Made by a program: the position numbers and the translations under genes. The notes beneath the pieces are model-generated. The model was not told the DNA's origin. It did not search any database and saw only the letters and a program-made list of their open reading frames with translations. Positions 1 to 9,504 of a stretch of DNA of 32,000 bases are shown one piece after another. The stretch comes from Aliivibrio fischeri ES114 (GTDB taxonomy: Bacteria; Pseudomonadota; Gammaproteobacteria; Enterobacterales; Vibrionaceae): assembly GCF_000011805.1 (NCBI RefSeq), contig NC_006840.2. One strand, written 5' to 3'. Numbering within the stretch: the stretch's first letter is position 1; every line of letters begins with the position of its first letter.

Positions 1-224
1 GCTCTGCCGAGTATTTGGCCATCTTCATCTTTAATTAACGTTGGGTAAAGTAGCCCTTTTTTATATTCAGCCAGACAAAAATTAACATGTTCTTTTATGC
101 CATTATCATCAAAGAAATCATCGTCTCTGGCTTCAATGAAAGATTCAAACCACTCTTTATTGTTTAGTTCAAACTTTAGTAATGCCGACGCATCACTTTG
201 TTTTAGTAATTCTAATTTGACCAT
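1..224 (-). CDS. N-terminal part of a GNAT-like acetyltransferase, truncated by the window edge
   Basis: Reverse strand reads MVKLELLKQSDASALLKFELNNKEWFESFIEARDDDFFDD...AEYKKGLLYPTLIKDEDGQILGRA; start at 224, open to the window edge. GNAT-style N-terminus. Confidence 0.7.
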   Translation of the reverse strand, partial: MVKLELLKQSDASALLKFELNNKEWFESFIEARDDDFFDDNGIKEHVNFCLAEYKKGLLYPTLIKDEDGQILGR

Positions 225-310
225 TATTAATCCCTCTTATGTTATTTCCTTTAGCAATGGCGTTAACTGAATTTACGTTAATATTATGTTGCTATAAATT
301 GATTATAGAC

Positions 311-342
311 AAAAAAAAGCCACGATATGTGATCGTGGCTGA
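311..342 (-). terminator. Rho-independent terminator for the U32 gene
   Basis: Hairpin AGCCACGAT..ATCGTGGCT followed, on the minus strand, by a T-run (A-run at 311-318 on plus). Confidence 0.8.
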
Positions 343-368
343 CTATTTAAATCAAAGCGAAAAATTGA

Positions 369-2612
369 TTAAAGACCTTTCACATACTGATTATGTGTAT
401 TAATAGGTACCATTGAATATAACGCTTCTTGAACCGCAGTTTCACCTTTAACCAGAGCCTCAAAGTGCGTTGCTAACTTAACAATATCCGCTTGTTCTTT
501 AGAACCACCACCAATATTAGTTAAATCAATAAAGAATTCATCAAACAAATCAGATAAATCATTAACGACATCCATGTTTAAAAACTGCTCATGGTTATAA
601 ATACTTGGGTAGCCACCTTTTTGCTTATCTACAGCAAAAGAGACCCCTTTCATGTTCGTAATAGTTGTCGCTTTTTCACACTTAATCATACAACCCGCTT
701 CAATCGCACGCTTATTACAACCAACCGTTTGTTGGAAGAAGCATTGACGACTTGTCATCAACAAAATTGGATGATAAATGCTGTAAAGTAACTTAAAGTT
801 TTCAGGACGACGAATGTGTTTCATTTGTCCTTGATTTATTTCATTAGAAATGAACGCACCAGCACAATTAAACTCTTCTTTTAGTGTAATTAATGCGTGT
901 GAGTTGGTGGTATTCATGAATGGACCCGCAACCCACTCAATTCCCATTTCATAAGCTTTATAAGCAATACCTGTATTATTAGTAACAATACGTGCAGGTT
1001 TCACTTCTTCAAGGAATTTCACAGCTTCATTATAATCTTTACCAATCAATACCGCAGGGAACCATGGGATCAATCTTGGATTTTCTGAGAAGATGTTGAT
1101 GTACGTTTTATCATTGCGTCTAAAACTTTCTGGTAACTTAAAGTAAATATCTGCATCAGTAGCATCACATATTTTTAAGTCGGCAATATCTGCGATAAGC
1201 ATAGATAGCTTAGGTTGCTGTTCAACTTTCGGCTTCTGAGCTAATTTTGGTAATTCAACATGTTTAATAACGGCTTTATTTCCATTTAAACGATACGCAA
1301 TCTGATCTTTTAGATCTGAAAGTTCTTTAAAAGGCAGGATTAAACCTTCATCAACTTGAGAAAAATCATAGCCAGAGAACTCATAATCGCTATTAGAAAC
1401 CCCTTTAAAGCGTTTCTCTAGCTCTTTTTGTGTAATTGACTTCTCACCAGCAGCCATAAGTAACGATGTCGATTCTAATTCAAAGATCTCTTTTGAAGTT
1501 GCTACCACCACTTTTAATGGACTATCAAGCTGTGCTTTAAATGCAATGGATAATGGCAGTTTTGAAATATCCAGATCTTGAATTTTCTCACGTAGCTCTT
1601 CACCAAGATTGTCTTTTGCTGCGTTCAATTCAGCTTTAACATCATGAATTTGAACCACATCAATGGCATTACTTTTCTCTACCGCATGAGTAACACTGTG
1701 ATCTCTAGGGTTATCGATGAACATGTCTTTGGTTAAGTTACCAGTCAAAAATGAATTGGTAAAATCACGGTTAAACACTTTGTGAAGGTTTGAATCATCT
1801 TCTAATAAATCGCCAGACTCGATGAATTTATTGATGTTTTTGCGCCAATTATCAATAACCGTATAAACGTAATGAGAGCCTTTAATACGCCCTTCTACTT
1901 TTAAAGAATCAACTTTAGCATCAACCAGATCTGGCAAATCAAAATACGCTGAGTTGTCTTTTAAGTTTAGAGGGTATTTGTTACCAACCGCGGTTTCTTC
2001 GTATTCATCACGACATGCTTGGCTACAACGGCCACGGTTACCTGAGTTACCCGCACTTACTGATGTTGAATAACATTGACCAGAAAATGCAATACATAGT
2101 GAACCATGAACAAACACTTCGGTTAGCACATCGTGCTCATGAGCAACAGCAGTCAGTGATTTCACTTCTTCAATATTTAGTTCACGAGATAAATTAACAC
2201 GAGAAGCCCCTAACTTAGCTAAGAACTTAATTTGTCCTTCATTATGCGTAGTTAATTGCGTTGAAGCGTGAACATCGAGTGTTGGGAAGTATTTTTTCAC
2301 TAAATCAAACATCGCTAAATCTTGCACAATAATGCCGTCAACTGATGTATTCACTAGTTGATTAAGTAATTTAGCAATGCTTTTAATTTCATGTTCAAGA
2401 AGAACAATATTCAAAGTAAGGAATACTTCACAGCCATGCTCATGAGCAAGGCGTAAAATACCAGTCAATTCATCAAATGAGAGATTGGATGCACGGTTAC
2501 GGGCGTTAAATACATCTAAGCCACAATAAACGGCATTTGCCCCTGCTACGATGGCCGCCTTTATCGCTTCTACATCACCGCCGGGTGCCAATAATTCAAG
2601 TTTTCTGCTCAT
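369..2612 (-). CDS. rlhA: Peptidase U32 family protein, RlhA/YdcP-like (probable 23S rRNA hydroxylation protein)
   Basis: Start MSRKLELLAPGGDVEAIKAAIVAGANAVYCG; U32 signature region SLKVEGRIKGSHYVYTVIDNWR; Cys-rich GNRGRCSQACRDEY. The listed ORF adds 5 upstream codons. Confidence 0.8.
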   Translation of the reverse strand: MSRKLELLAPGGDVEAIKAAIVAGANAVYCGLDVFNARNRASNLSFDELTGILRLAHEHGCEVFLTLNIVLLEHEIKSIAKLLNQLVNTSVDGIIVQDLAMFDLVKKYFPTLDVHASTQLTTHNEGQIKFLAKLGASRVNLSRELNIEEVKSLTAVAHEHDVLTEVFVHGSLCIAFSGQCYSTSVSAGNSGNRGRCSQACRDEYEETAVGNKYPLNLKDNSAYFDLPDLVDAKVDSLKVEGRIKGSHYVYTVIDNWRKNINKFIESGDLLEDDSNLHKVFNRDFTNSFLTGNLTKDMFIDNPRDHSVTHAVEKSNAIDVVQIHDVKAELNAAKDNLGEELREKIQDLDISKLPLSIAFKAQLDSPLKVVVATSKEIFELESTSLLMAAGEKSITQKELEKRFKGVSNSDYEFSGYDFSQVDEGLILPFKELSDLKDQIAYRLNGNKAVIKHVELPKLAQKPKVEQQPKLSMLIADIADLKICDATDADIYFKLPESFRRNDKTYINIFSENPRLIPWFPAVLIGKDYNEAVKFLEEVKPARIVTNNTGIAYKAYEMGIEWVAGPFMNTTNSHALITLKEEFNCAGAFISNEINQGQMKHIRRPENFKLLYSIYHPILLMTSRQCFFQQTVGCNKRAIEAGCMIKCEKATTITNMKGVSFAVDKQKGGYPSIYNHEQFLNMDVVNDLSDLFDEFFIDLTNIGGGSKEQADIVKLATHFEALVKGETAVQEALYSMVPINTHNQYVKGL

Positions 2613-2783
2613 TCTGAAATTGCTCACTTCGTTTTGCTGTAATAATTTTTGAGGGAGTATTCTACTCGCCTCACACTTTTATTACCAGAAGTAAGGGTTT
2701 TTATTGATCCAGATCATGAGGTATAACTATGATTTTCATTAGCAATGACACATATTCGACTTCATTCAAAGTTTAAGGTAACG

Positions 2784-3428
2784 ATGACTATTCCTATTCT
2801 CTACTCATTACGACAGTGCCCATACGCAATGCGTGCACGCTTAGCCATTCTGTATGCAGGACAAACTGTTGTGCTACGAGATGTAGACATGATGAATAAA
2901 CCAAAAGAAATGTTATCCATTTCCCCTAAAGGCACGGTACCTGTACTTCATTTTGAAGATACGGTTATTGAAGAAAGTGTTGATGTGATGCTTTGGACAC
3001 TAACCCAATCCGACCCAAGAAACTTACTATACCATCATGATTTGCTTCAGCTTCCATTGATGTTGGATCTCATTCAAAAAAGTGACTCTGAATTTGTGCA
3101 AATTTTACAAAAATACAGGGCTGCTTCTCGCTATCATGACGATAATGAAATGGAGTATAGGGATAAGTGTGTCGAATGGTTATCAGACATTGAAGAGCGA
3201 TTATCTAAACATACATTTATCATGGGGGAAAGTGCCAGTATCGTTGATTACGCGCTTTTGCCTTTTATTCGCCAATTCTCTCGAGTAGATAAGAAATGGT
3301 ACAACATCGCTCCTTTGCCACATTTAAGAGCTTGGCTTGTTCGCCATTATAACGACCCTATTTTCTCTAAAGCCATGACAATCTACCCTAAATGGAACCG
3401 TGATGCTGAACCTGTCATTTTCGGTTAA
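2784..3428 (+). CDS. Glutathione S-transferase-like protein
   Basis: Thioredoxin-like N-terminus IPILYSLRQCPYAMRARLAILYAGQ, GTVPVL motif and a GST-C helical domain. Start chosen at MTIPIL; the ORF track begins upstream at 2745. Confidence 0.75.
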   Translation: MTIPILYSLRQCPYAMRARLAILYAGQTVVLRDVDMMNKPKEMLSISPKGTVPVLHFEDTVIEESVDVMLWTLTQSDPRNLLYHHDLLQLPLMLDLIQKSDSEFVQILQKYRAASRYHDDNEMEYRDKCVEWLSDIEERLSKHTFIMGESASIVDYALLPFIRQFSRVDKKWYNIAPLPHLRAWLVRHYNDPIFSKAMTIYPKWNRDAEPVIFG

Positions 3429-3898
3429 GATTCCCCCATATAACCACTGAAACAAAGAGAGCGCTCCATCTCAACAAAATGCTCATCTTCTCTGACAATT
3501 TGATAGCCTAACGAAAGATAAAAATTGATAACCGATTTATTGACTTTGAATGCGGATAAGCAAGATTTTGTGACAGCGTCACTATAGTGCTTTTGATAAC
3601 ACTTCATAACTGCGGTGCCTACGCCTTTATTTTGGTATTTTTCAAAAACAATCAATAAGTGAATATGAATCGTACTTCTAATGGCGTCGGGCTTAGTGCA
3701 AATGATCCCTAGGCGCTCACCATTATACATTATCCAATCAAACCACTCTTTTTGGTATGATTGATTAAAGCGCTGTTGTTGGTACAATTCATCCCAACCC
3801 AGCGCTTCCTCTATCGTTGGTTTCAAGTACTTTTTGTAAATAGAGAATAAGGACGGATACTCACAATCAGTTACTCGTTGAAATATGATTTTATCCAT
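3425..3898 (-). CDS. GNAT family N-acetyltransferase
   Basis: YQNKGVGTAVM acetyl-CoA-binding motif and NKSVINFYLSLGY. Confidence 0.8.
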   Translation of the reverse strand: MDKIIFQRVTDCEYPSLFSIYKKYLKPTIEEALGWDELYQQQRFNQSYQKEWFDWIMYNGERLGIICTKPDAIRSTIHIHLLIVFEKYQNKGVGTAVMKCYQKHYSDAVTKSCLSAFKVNKSVINFYLSLGYQIVREDEHFVEMERSLCFSGYMGES

Positions 3899-3987
3899 AA
3901 CATTATCCTTATCTCATAAATCCATGACTCATACTTGCAATAGACTCTTTCAGTTTAGACCATCATGATGGTTTCACTTAACTACCA

Positions 3988-4422
3988 CTACAATTTCTTT
4001 AAAAATTTGATCTTACTATTGTCGCTTGAGCCTTCATCTTCGTAGCCTGAAATGTGATATCCACTAGAGATAAGCAGTTGCAACATGGCAGGATAACGAT
4101 TCATTGATTTAACACTGATCGCTTCATAACCTTGCTTTTTAGCCCACTCTTCTTGGGTCACTCTTAACTGAGTTGCAATGCCTTGCTTTCTTGCACTTGG
4201 GACGACACCACCTAGCCAACTATAGAACTCAGAGTCAGAAAGTTGGTAGCCCATCTTATACGCTACTGGAATACCTTCAGAGACAGCAACTAAGATAAGG
4301 TGCTTTTTATCACTTAGACGTTGTGTCAGTTTCTCATGTGTATTTCGGTTATCAAATTCAGGGATTTGTTGATCAACAATAAGAACGTCTGCCACTGCGC
4401 CTTGATGTATTTCTATTTTCAT
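3988..4422 (-). CDS. GNAT family N-acetyltransferase
   Basis: ARKQGIATQL motif and C-terminal NRYPAMLQLLISSGY. ATG at 4422 overlaps/abuts the stop (4424-4426) of the split small gene upstream; an in-frame alternative ATG lies at 4434. Confidence 0.75.
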   Translation of the reverse strand: MKIEIHQGAVADVLIVDQQIPEFDNRNTHEKLTQRLSDKKHLILVAVSEGIPVAYKMGYQLSDSEFYSWLGGVVPSARKQGIATQLRVTQEEWAKKQGYEAISVKSMNRYPAMLQLLISSGYHISGYEDEGSSDNSKIKFLKKL

Positions 4423-4423
4423 T

Positions 4424-4641
4424 TTACTTTCCATCTAAAACCATCGTTTTTATTTTGTATGCTTTTTCAAAGTGATCTAATTTATGTGTTGATATCCACC
4501 ATGTCGCCGCTTCCATTAACAGCTCAGGGTCATCATTTTTATTAGCAAAAAAGCATAAAAAGAGACACCAACGTTATCTCCCTTTTGTTCTATTTTTTTA
4601 TCACAAACCGCAATTACTTTATCTCTTAGGCTTTGTCGCAT
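4424..4641 (-). pseudogene. Small conserved-looking protein (about 72 aa if restored), split by a -1 frame change at 4546-4552
   Basis: Zero frame: MRQSLRDKVIAVCDKKIEQKGDNVGVSFYAF then LLIKMMTLSC-stop (4516). The -1 frame continues FANKNDDPELLMEAATWWISTHKLDHFEKAYKIKTMVLDGK-stop (4424). An AAGGG Shine-Dalgarno precedes the ATG. Not in the supplied ORF track. Confidence 0.65.
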
Positions 4642-4675
4642 TATCTAACCCTTGACTCTTCAAAGAACAAACTCA

Positions 4676-5521
4676 TTATTCAATCGGTAAATTGTGATTA
4701 CTTCCCCAATCAGCCCATGAACCATCGTATAAAACGACATTTTTATAGCCAATTGAAACCGCTGCCAAAATTAAAATACAAGCCGTTATGCCTGAACCAC
4801 AACTGAAAAATACCTTTGTTATATTTGATGGTACTCTTTCTTGAAAAATCGAGTTCAAAATCTCTTTATTTTTAAAGGTCGTATTATCTAACAACATAGC
4901 AAATGGGAGATTTTTAGAACTTGGAATATGACCGCTACGAACCCCTTCACGAGGCTCAGCTGCTTTACCTAAAAATCGCATCTCACCGCGTGCATCTAAA
5001 ATGACGGCATCTGTATCGATAACGTGAAGGATCTCATCTGAATCACAAGCTAAATGCCTATTCGGCTTAGCGACCGCATTACCTAAAGAAGGTATTTGTT
5101 GGTAAGAAGTAACGACTTCCCTCTTTTCTTCTTGCCATTTTGGTAAGCCGCCATCTAATACATAAACGTGCTCAAACCCCATTACTTTAAATGTCCACCA
5201 AGCACGTGGAGATGAGTAGATCCCTTGGTTATCGTATATCACAACGATGGAATCTGAATTAATGCCAAGCTCTTGAACGGCTTTTGTAAACTGTGATTCT
5301 GTTGGTAATGCATGAATTTGAGAAGATGCGTGATCGCAAAAATCCAACTCAACATCAAGCTTACGCGACTTCGGTAAACAACAAAACTCGTCATAAACAA
5401 TCGGTTCTTTGCCAACAATATTCGCCATATAGGCATCAACAATGACAAGATTAGTATCATTAATATGTTCTGCTAGCCACTCGGTAGTAACTAATGGGTT
5501 ATCAGCTAATAATTGATTCAT
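4676..5521 (-). CDS. sseA: Rhodanese-type sulfurtransferase (3-mercaptopyruvate/thiosulfate sulfurtransferase family)
   Basis: Two rhodanese domains; ILDARGEMRFLG, EVREGVRSGHIP-like segment, active-site loop FFSCGSGITACI. Confidence 0.8.
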   Translation of the reverse strand: MNQLLADNPLVTTEWLAEHINDTNLVIVDAYMANIVGKEPIVYDEFCCLPKSRKLDVELDFCDHASSQIHALPTESQFTKAVQELGINSDSIVVIYDNQGIYSSPRAWWTFKVMGFEHVYVLDGGLPKWQEEKREVVTSYQQIPSLGNAVAKPNRHLACDSDEILHVIDTDAVILDARGEMRFLGKAAEPREGVRSGHIPSSKNLPFAMLLDNTTFKNKEILNSIFQERVPSNITKVFFSCGSGITACILILAAVSIGYKNVVLYDGSWADWGSNHNLPIE

Positions 5522-5544
5522 GATGACTCCCTATTTGGTCTCTG

Positions 5545-6327
5545 TTAGCTATCATACGTAATATTCATCACATCAGGGTGAATAAATTCATAACCTAACG
5601 CTTCTTTTATTTTATGATTACTGATGATTTTAAATGTTTGTTCATTGGATTCGATAAACGTTGGCGTTTCAACGCCAATACGTTGCGTTGCTTGTGTATA
5701 AAACTCACGCTTACTTGGATGAGTATCAGCACACGCATTAAAGATCTCATTCCATTTTTCTTGCTTAATAATTTGAGTGATCAGCCCAATACAGTCATCC
5801 TGATGGATCATATTTACTGGTACATCAGGGTTACTCACAGAGCGCCCACTTTTGGCAAAAAAGCGTCCTGGATTCCGTGAATACCCTACAAGTCCACTAA
5901 ATCGAATTACGGTTGTTGTGAACTTAGTCGACTGCATAAATAAACGTTCAATCTGTGATAATGCAGAAGAAGGTATGGTTGCATCTTCTTCAGTAACCAC
6001 TCGATTAGCATCCTCATAAACTGATGTGGAGCTTACAAATAGCACATGTTTTATCGACGAGGCTTCAATAATAGGAATTAAAGAGGTAAACCCTTCGATA
6101 TTTTTTGATGGTATCGCAATGATTAAAACATCGGAGGTTAGAAACTGACTCCATGATTGTTCAACGGCATCGATATCCAATAAATACGGTTTAATATGAT
6201 TTTTTTCTAATTCACTTATTTTATTCGAACTTCTTATAGAGCCTTTGACCATAAAACCAGTATCAACGAGGTGTTTTGCTAAAGGCAACCCTAACCAGCC
6301 ACATCCCAGTACGCTTATTGATGTCAT
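5545..6327 (-). CDS. NAD(P)-binding epimerase/SDR-like protein, YeeZ-like
   Basis: N-terminal SVLGCGWLGLPLAKHLVDTGFMVKGSIRS (Rossmann glycine motif), SSTSVYED, RFSGLVGYSRNPGRF. Confidence 0.75.
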   Translation of the reverse strand: MTSISVLGCGWLGLPLAKHLVDTGFMVKGSIRSSNKISELEKNHIKPYLLDIDAVEQSWSQFLTSDVLIIAIPSKNIEGFTSLIPIIEASSIKHVLFVSSTSVYEDANRVVTEEDATIPSSALSQIERLFMQSTKFTTTVIRFSGLVGYSRNPGRFFAKSGRSVSNPDVPVNMIHQDDCIGLITQIIKQEKWNEIFNACADTHPSKREFYTQATQRIGVETPTFIESNEQTFKIISNHKIKEALGYEFIHPDVMNITYDS

Positions 6328-6346
6328 AATAGTCCCTAATCTTTAT

Positions 6347-6793
6347 TTAATTTATATCTAAAGCAAGTACCAAACGATCTTCGCCAAGACCAAAATAGTC
6401 CTGCTCTTCCTTCAATAAATAGAATCCATAGGATTGGTATAGTGCGTATGCTTTTTTATTTTTTGGGCATACGGTTAACAACAGTCTGTCATACTCTTTT
6501 GCAGTTGCAATTGCCGTTTCAAGCAATTTTTTCCCAAGGCCACAACCTTGTGCTGCTTTTGATACCGCAACCGCTAATATCCAAGCATCACCTTTAACCA
6601 CACTTGATGGTACTTGCAATACATAACCAAGCGTTTCTTTCTCTTTTTTAGCAACTAATAAGCCATCAGCCCAGCAATCAAATGCTTGTCTAATAAAGAA
6701 AGATGGATAACCATGATCACCAAAGGCTTCAGTTTCAATATCAAAAATTCGAGCCAAATCGGTTTTTTCTGCTGTGCGAATACTTACCATCAA
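6347..6793 (-). CDS. GNAT family N-acetyltransferase
   Basis: AAQGCGLGKKLLETAIATA motif and NKKAYALYQSYGF. Confidence 0.8.
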   Translation of the reverse strand: MMVSIRTAEKTDLARIFDIETEAFGDHGYPSFFIRQAFDCWADGLLVAKKEKETLGYVLQVPSSVVKGDAWILAVAVSKAAQGCGLGKKLLETAIATAKEYDRLLLTVCPKNKKAYALYQSYGFYLLKEEQDYFGLGEDRLVLALDIN

Positions 6794-6975
6794 TACATTT
6801 CCCTTTCTACTTCATGAATCACATTGCGTATGTGCTTTTGTTTATATTTCATACTATTTGAAACAACTCGCATTGTTAAAACAGATATAACGGATGAGAT
6901 AACTAAATCTACTAAAAACTCCTATAGTTATTCCAACTTAATTTCGTTTTTAAATTATCACAAGGAACGTTAATC

Positions 6976-8667
6976 ATGTTTAAACTCGCTCTTTTACCTT
7001 CATTGCTAGCATGCAGTTTTGCAGCGAATAGTTTTACAATGAACCCTCAACCTGACCCTGATAATCCAACAGGTTATGTTGTCTCTAAAGCTGAAATTAA
7101 AGCAGCTGAAGATGCGAAAACATTAGACCCTATGTACGATGTTTGGGCTAAAGCATTAGAAACTCGTCCTAATAGCGTTGTTGAAGCCATTGATGCGGGC
7201 GTTCCTACTAACCCAGATAACGTGAAACGTGTTGAACGAGTTTTTCCGCAATCTGAATGGTTCTTCTTAACCCAAATGGCGGCTCCAGAATATACTTATA
7301 CTCGCTTCTTACGTGCTATTGGTAAATTCCCTGCGTTCTGTGGTGACTATACAGATGGACGCGATGCTGATGCTATTTGTAAAAAATCCATTGTAACGGC
7401 ATTTGCACATTTCTCACAAGAAACGGGTGGCCATATTGCTGTAGATAACGTATCAGACAACCCACTAGGACTTGAAGAATGGCAGCAAGCACTTGTTCAC
7501 GTTCGTGAAATGGGATGGTCAGAAGGTCAAGAAGGTTATACAACAGGTTGTGGCCAAAATGATTGGCAAAACAAACGTTGGCCGTGTGCAGCAGGTCAAG
7601 GTTACTTTGGCCGCGGTGCTAAACAGCTTTCTTACCACTTTAACTACGGTGCTTTCTCTGAAGTCATGTATGACGGCGATGCGACTGTATTATTAAACAA
7701 TCCAGGTTTAGTTGCTGATTCTTGGCTAAACTTAGCGTCTGCTATTTGGTTCTTCTTAACACCGCAAGCGCCAAAACCAGCAATGCTTCACGTTATTGAT
7801 CGCACATGGACACCATCACAACGTGAAACAGATGCAGGAATTGGTTACGGATTTGGTACGACTATTAACGTAATTAATGGTGGTATCGAATGTGGTGAGC
7901 AGAATAAGGATAAAGGACAACCAGTTAACCGTATTCGTTACTGGGAAGGACTGTCTTCACATTACGAAATCCCAGTGGAAGCAGACGAGAAAAATACTTG
8001 TTGGCAGCAAACTCCTTACGGTAGTTTGAACCTAAATGGTGCAACGGATGTACTTTATACTAACTGGGATGGTAACTGGAAATATTACCCAGATCGTCCA
8101 GAAGGTGCGTCTTTTGAGTGTGAATTAGTTGGCTTCCAAACCGCCTACTCTGCGCTTGTTCCTGGTGATTATGAAAAATGTGTCACTAACTTCTATGGTT
8201 CTCATGCAAATTGGCCTGAAACTCGAGTTGTAGAAACACTACCAACAGACCCATCTGAACCAACGGATCCGACAGACCCAGCAAATACATGGGATGCAAA
8301 CAAAGTTTATAATACAGGTGATCAAGTTGTTGTTAACGGCGTAACTTATCAAGCTAAATGGTGGAACCAAGGTGATAACCCAGCAACAAGTACAACTGGT
8401 GTTTGGGAAGTAATCAGCGGTACACCAACAGAACCAACACCTCCTGTAGCCGTTGAGCCAACTCCTGTTGAACCTACACCACCGGCACCAGTTGAACCTA
8501 CTCCGCCAACGGAGCCAACAGATCCATCATCAACGTGGGATGCAGCTGCAACATACAACACTGGTGACCAAGTTACGGTTAATGGTGTTACGTATCAAGC
8601 TCAGTGGTGGACTCAAGGCAATAACCCAGAAACATCTGGTGAATGGGGAGTTTGGAAAAGAGTTTAA
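6976..8667 (+). CDS. Secreted GH19-family chitinase with two C-terminal CBM5/12-type chitin-binding modules
   Basis: Signal-peptide-like N-terminus; FAHFSQETGGH catalytic region, YFGRGAKQLSYHFNYG, INGGIECG; two repeats of W(D)..YNTGDQV..NGVTYQA.WW.QG.NP.TS joined by a Pro/Thr/Val-rich linker. Confidence 0.92.
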   Translation: MFKLALLPSLLACSFAANSFTMNPQPDPDNPTGYVVSKAEIKAAEDAKTLDPMYDVWAKALETRPNSVVEAIDAGVPTNPDNVKRVERVFPQSEWFFLTQMAAPEYTYTRFLRAIGKFPAFCGDYTDGRDADAICKKSIVTAFAHFSQETGGHIAVDNVSDNPLGLEEWQQALVHVREMGWSEGQEGYTTGCGQNDWQNKRWPCAAGQGYFGRGAKQLSYHFNYGAFSEVMYDGDATVLLNNPGLVADSWLNLASAIWFFLTPQAPKPAMLHVIDRTWTPSQRETDAGIGYGFGTTINVINGGIECGEQNKDKGQPVNRIRYWEGLSSHYEIPVEADEKNTCWQQTPYGSLNLNGATDVLYTNWDGNWKYYPDRPEGASFECELVGFQTAYSALVPGDYEKCVTNFYGSHANWPETRVVETLPTDPSEPTDPTDPANTWDANKVYNTGDQVVVNGVTYQAKWWNQGDNPATSTTGVWEVISGTPTEPTPPVAVEPTPVEPTPPAPVEPTPPTEPTDPSSTWDAAATYNTGDQVTVNGVTYQAQWWTQGNNPETSGEWGVWKRV

Positions 8668-8684
8668 TCATATCAAATAAAAAA

Positions 8685-8706
8685 ATGGGCCGTTTCGTCG
8701 GCCCAT
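8685..8706. terminator. Probable bidirectional hairpin terminator between the chitinase and the lipoprotein gene
   Basis: AAAAAATGGGCCG-TTTCGT-CGGCCCATTCTT. Confidence 0.75.
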
Positions 8707-8712
8707 TCTTAT

Positions 8713-9504
8713 TTAAAATAACTCAATATATAAAGTTTCATTCGACTTAAAGTTTAATGTTATATTTCCAATATGTTGGTCCGGTACTGAAAGAAGATTA
8801 CGACCATTTATATCCGCTAATATTGAGCACTGATCATAGTTTTCTTTTAACCCTTCAATAGTTTCATTGTAATGGTTCAACAAATCAAAACTTGCGAATG
8901 CAAAGCCTTCAGAAACAATATAATTTGGTTGTTTAGATTCTTTACTAAGGGCTACATCTCCATTGCTATAACAACGTAAAGAATGTATATCTATATCATA
9001 ACGATGATCGGATGCAGCACTCCATTGGATACGAACACTATTAGTTAATTCATAAGAGTTTATTGAAATATCACTAATTGGTTCAGGAAGGCGATCAAGA
9101 GTTGTATATCCAACAAGTTCATCATTTCTATACCAATTGAATTCATACATTGCTCCCATTGCATCGATTGTTGGAAACTCAATACCTGACAAATTCTCTC
9201 TACTATGTACAACTCCATCTTGAACTATTTCAACACGATCAATATCTGAAACATACATTTCATATGGAAATATAGGAGGTTTATAATCACTATAAAAATC
9301 ACCTCTAAAATACATGCTGTTATCATTTCTTAGGTGCATTGTATATCTCAATTCAAGCTGAGAAACAGGATATGTGCATGTCATTTCTTGTGCATTACTG
9401 CAATATCCATAAGGAGGATCTGTCTCATCACTTCCACCACCATCACTACCGCCACAAGCAGCAAGTAGCCCAAAACATGGGATCACTAATAAACTCTTTT
9501 TCAT
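8713..9504 (-). CDS. Hypothetical lipoprotein
   Basis: MKKSLLVIPCFGLLAACGG (lipobox LLAAC) followed by a low-complexity Gly/Ser stretch. Start placed at codon 21 of the listed ORF. Confidence 0.7.
   Translation of the reverse strand: MKKSLLVIPCFGLLAACGGSDGGGSDETDPPYGYCSNAQEMTCTYPVSQLELRYTMHLRNDNSMYFRGDFYSDYKPPIFPYEMYVSDIDRVEIVQDGVVHSRENLSGIEFPTIDAMGAMYEFNWYRNDELVGYTTLDRLPEPISDISINSYELTNSVRIQWSAASDHRYDIDIHSLRCYSNGDVALSKESKQPNYIVSEGFAFASFDLLNHYNETIEGLKENYDQCSILADINGRNLLSVPDQHIGNITLNFKSNETLYIELF

Noticed and set aside
4321-4545. 74-aa plus-strand ORF across the GNAT start and split small gene
   Set aside because: Antisense to two better-supported minus-strand frames; Phe/Cys-rich junk composition.
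7472-7696. 74-aa alternate-frame ORF in the chitinase catalytic domain
   Set aside because: Overlaps a well-supported GH19 catalytic region; no independent support.
8349-8561. Antisense 70-aa ORF rich in Gly/Val/Ser repeats inside the chitinase
   Set aside because: Simple reverse-strand reading of the Pro/Thr/Glu-rich linker codons; no start context of its own.
8453-8680. 75-aa alternate-frame ORF with repeated His/Gln within the chitinase 3' end
   Set aside because: Out-of-frame product of the linker and chitin-binding repeat; the chitinase frame explains the sequence.
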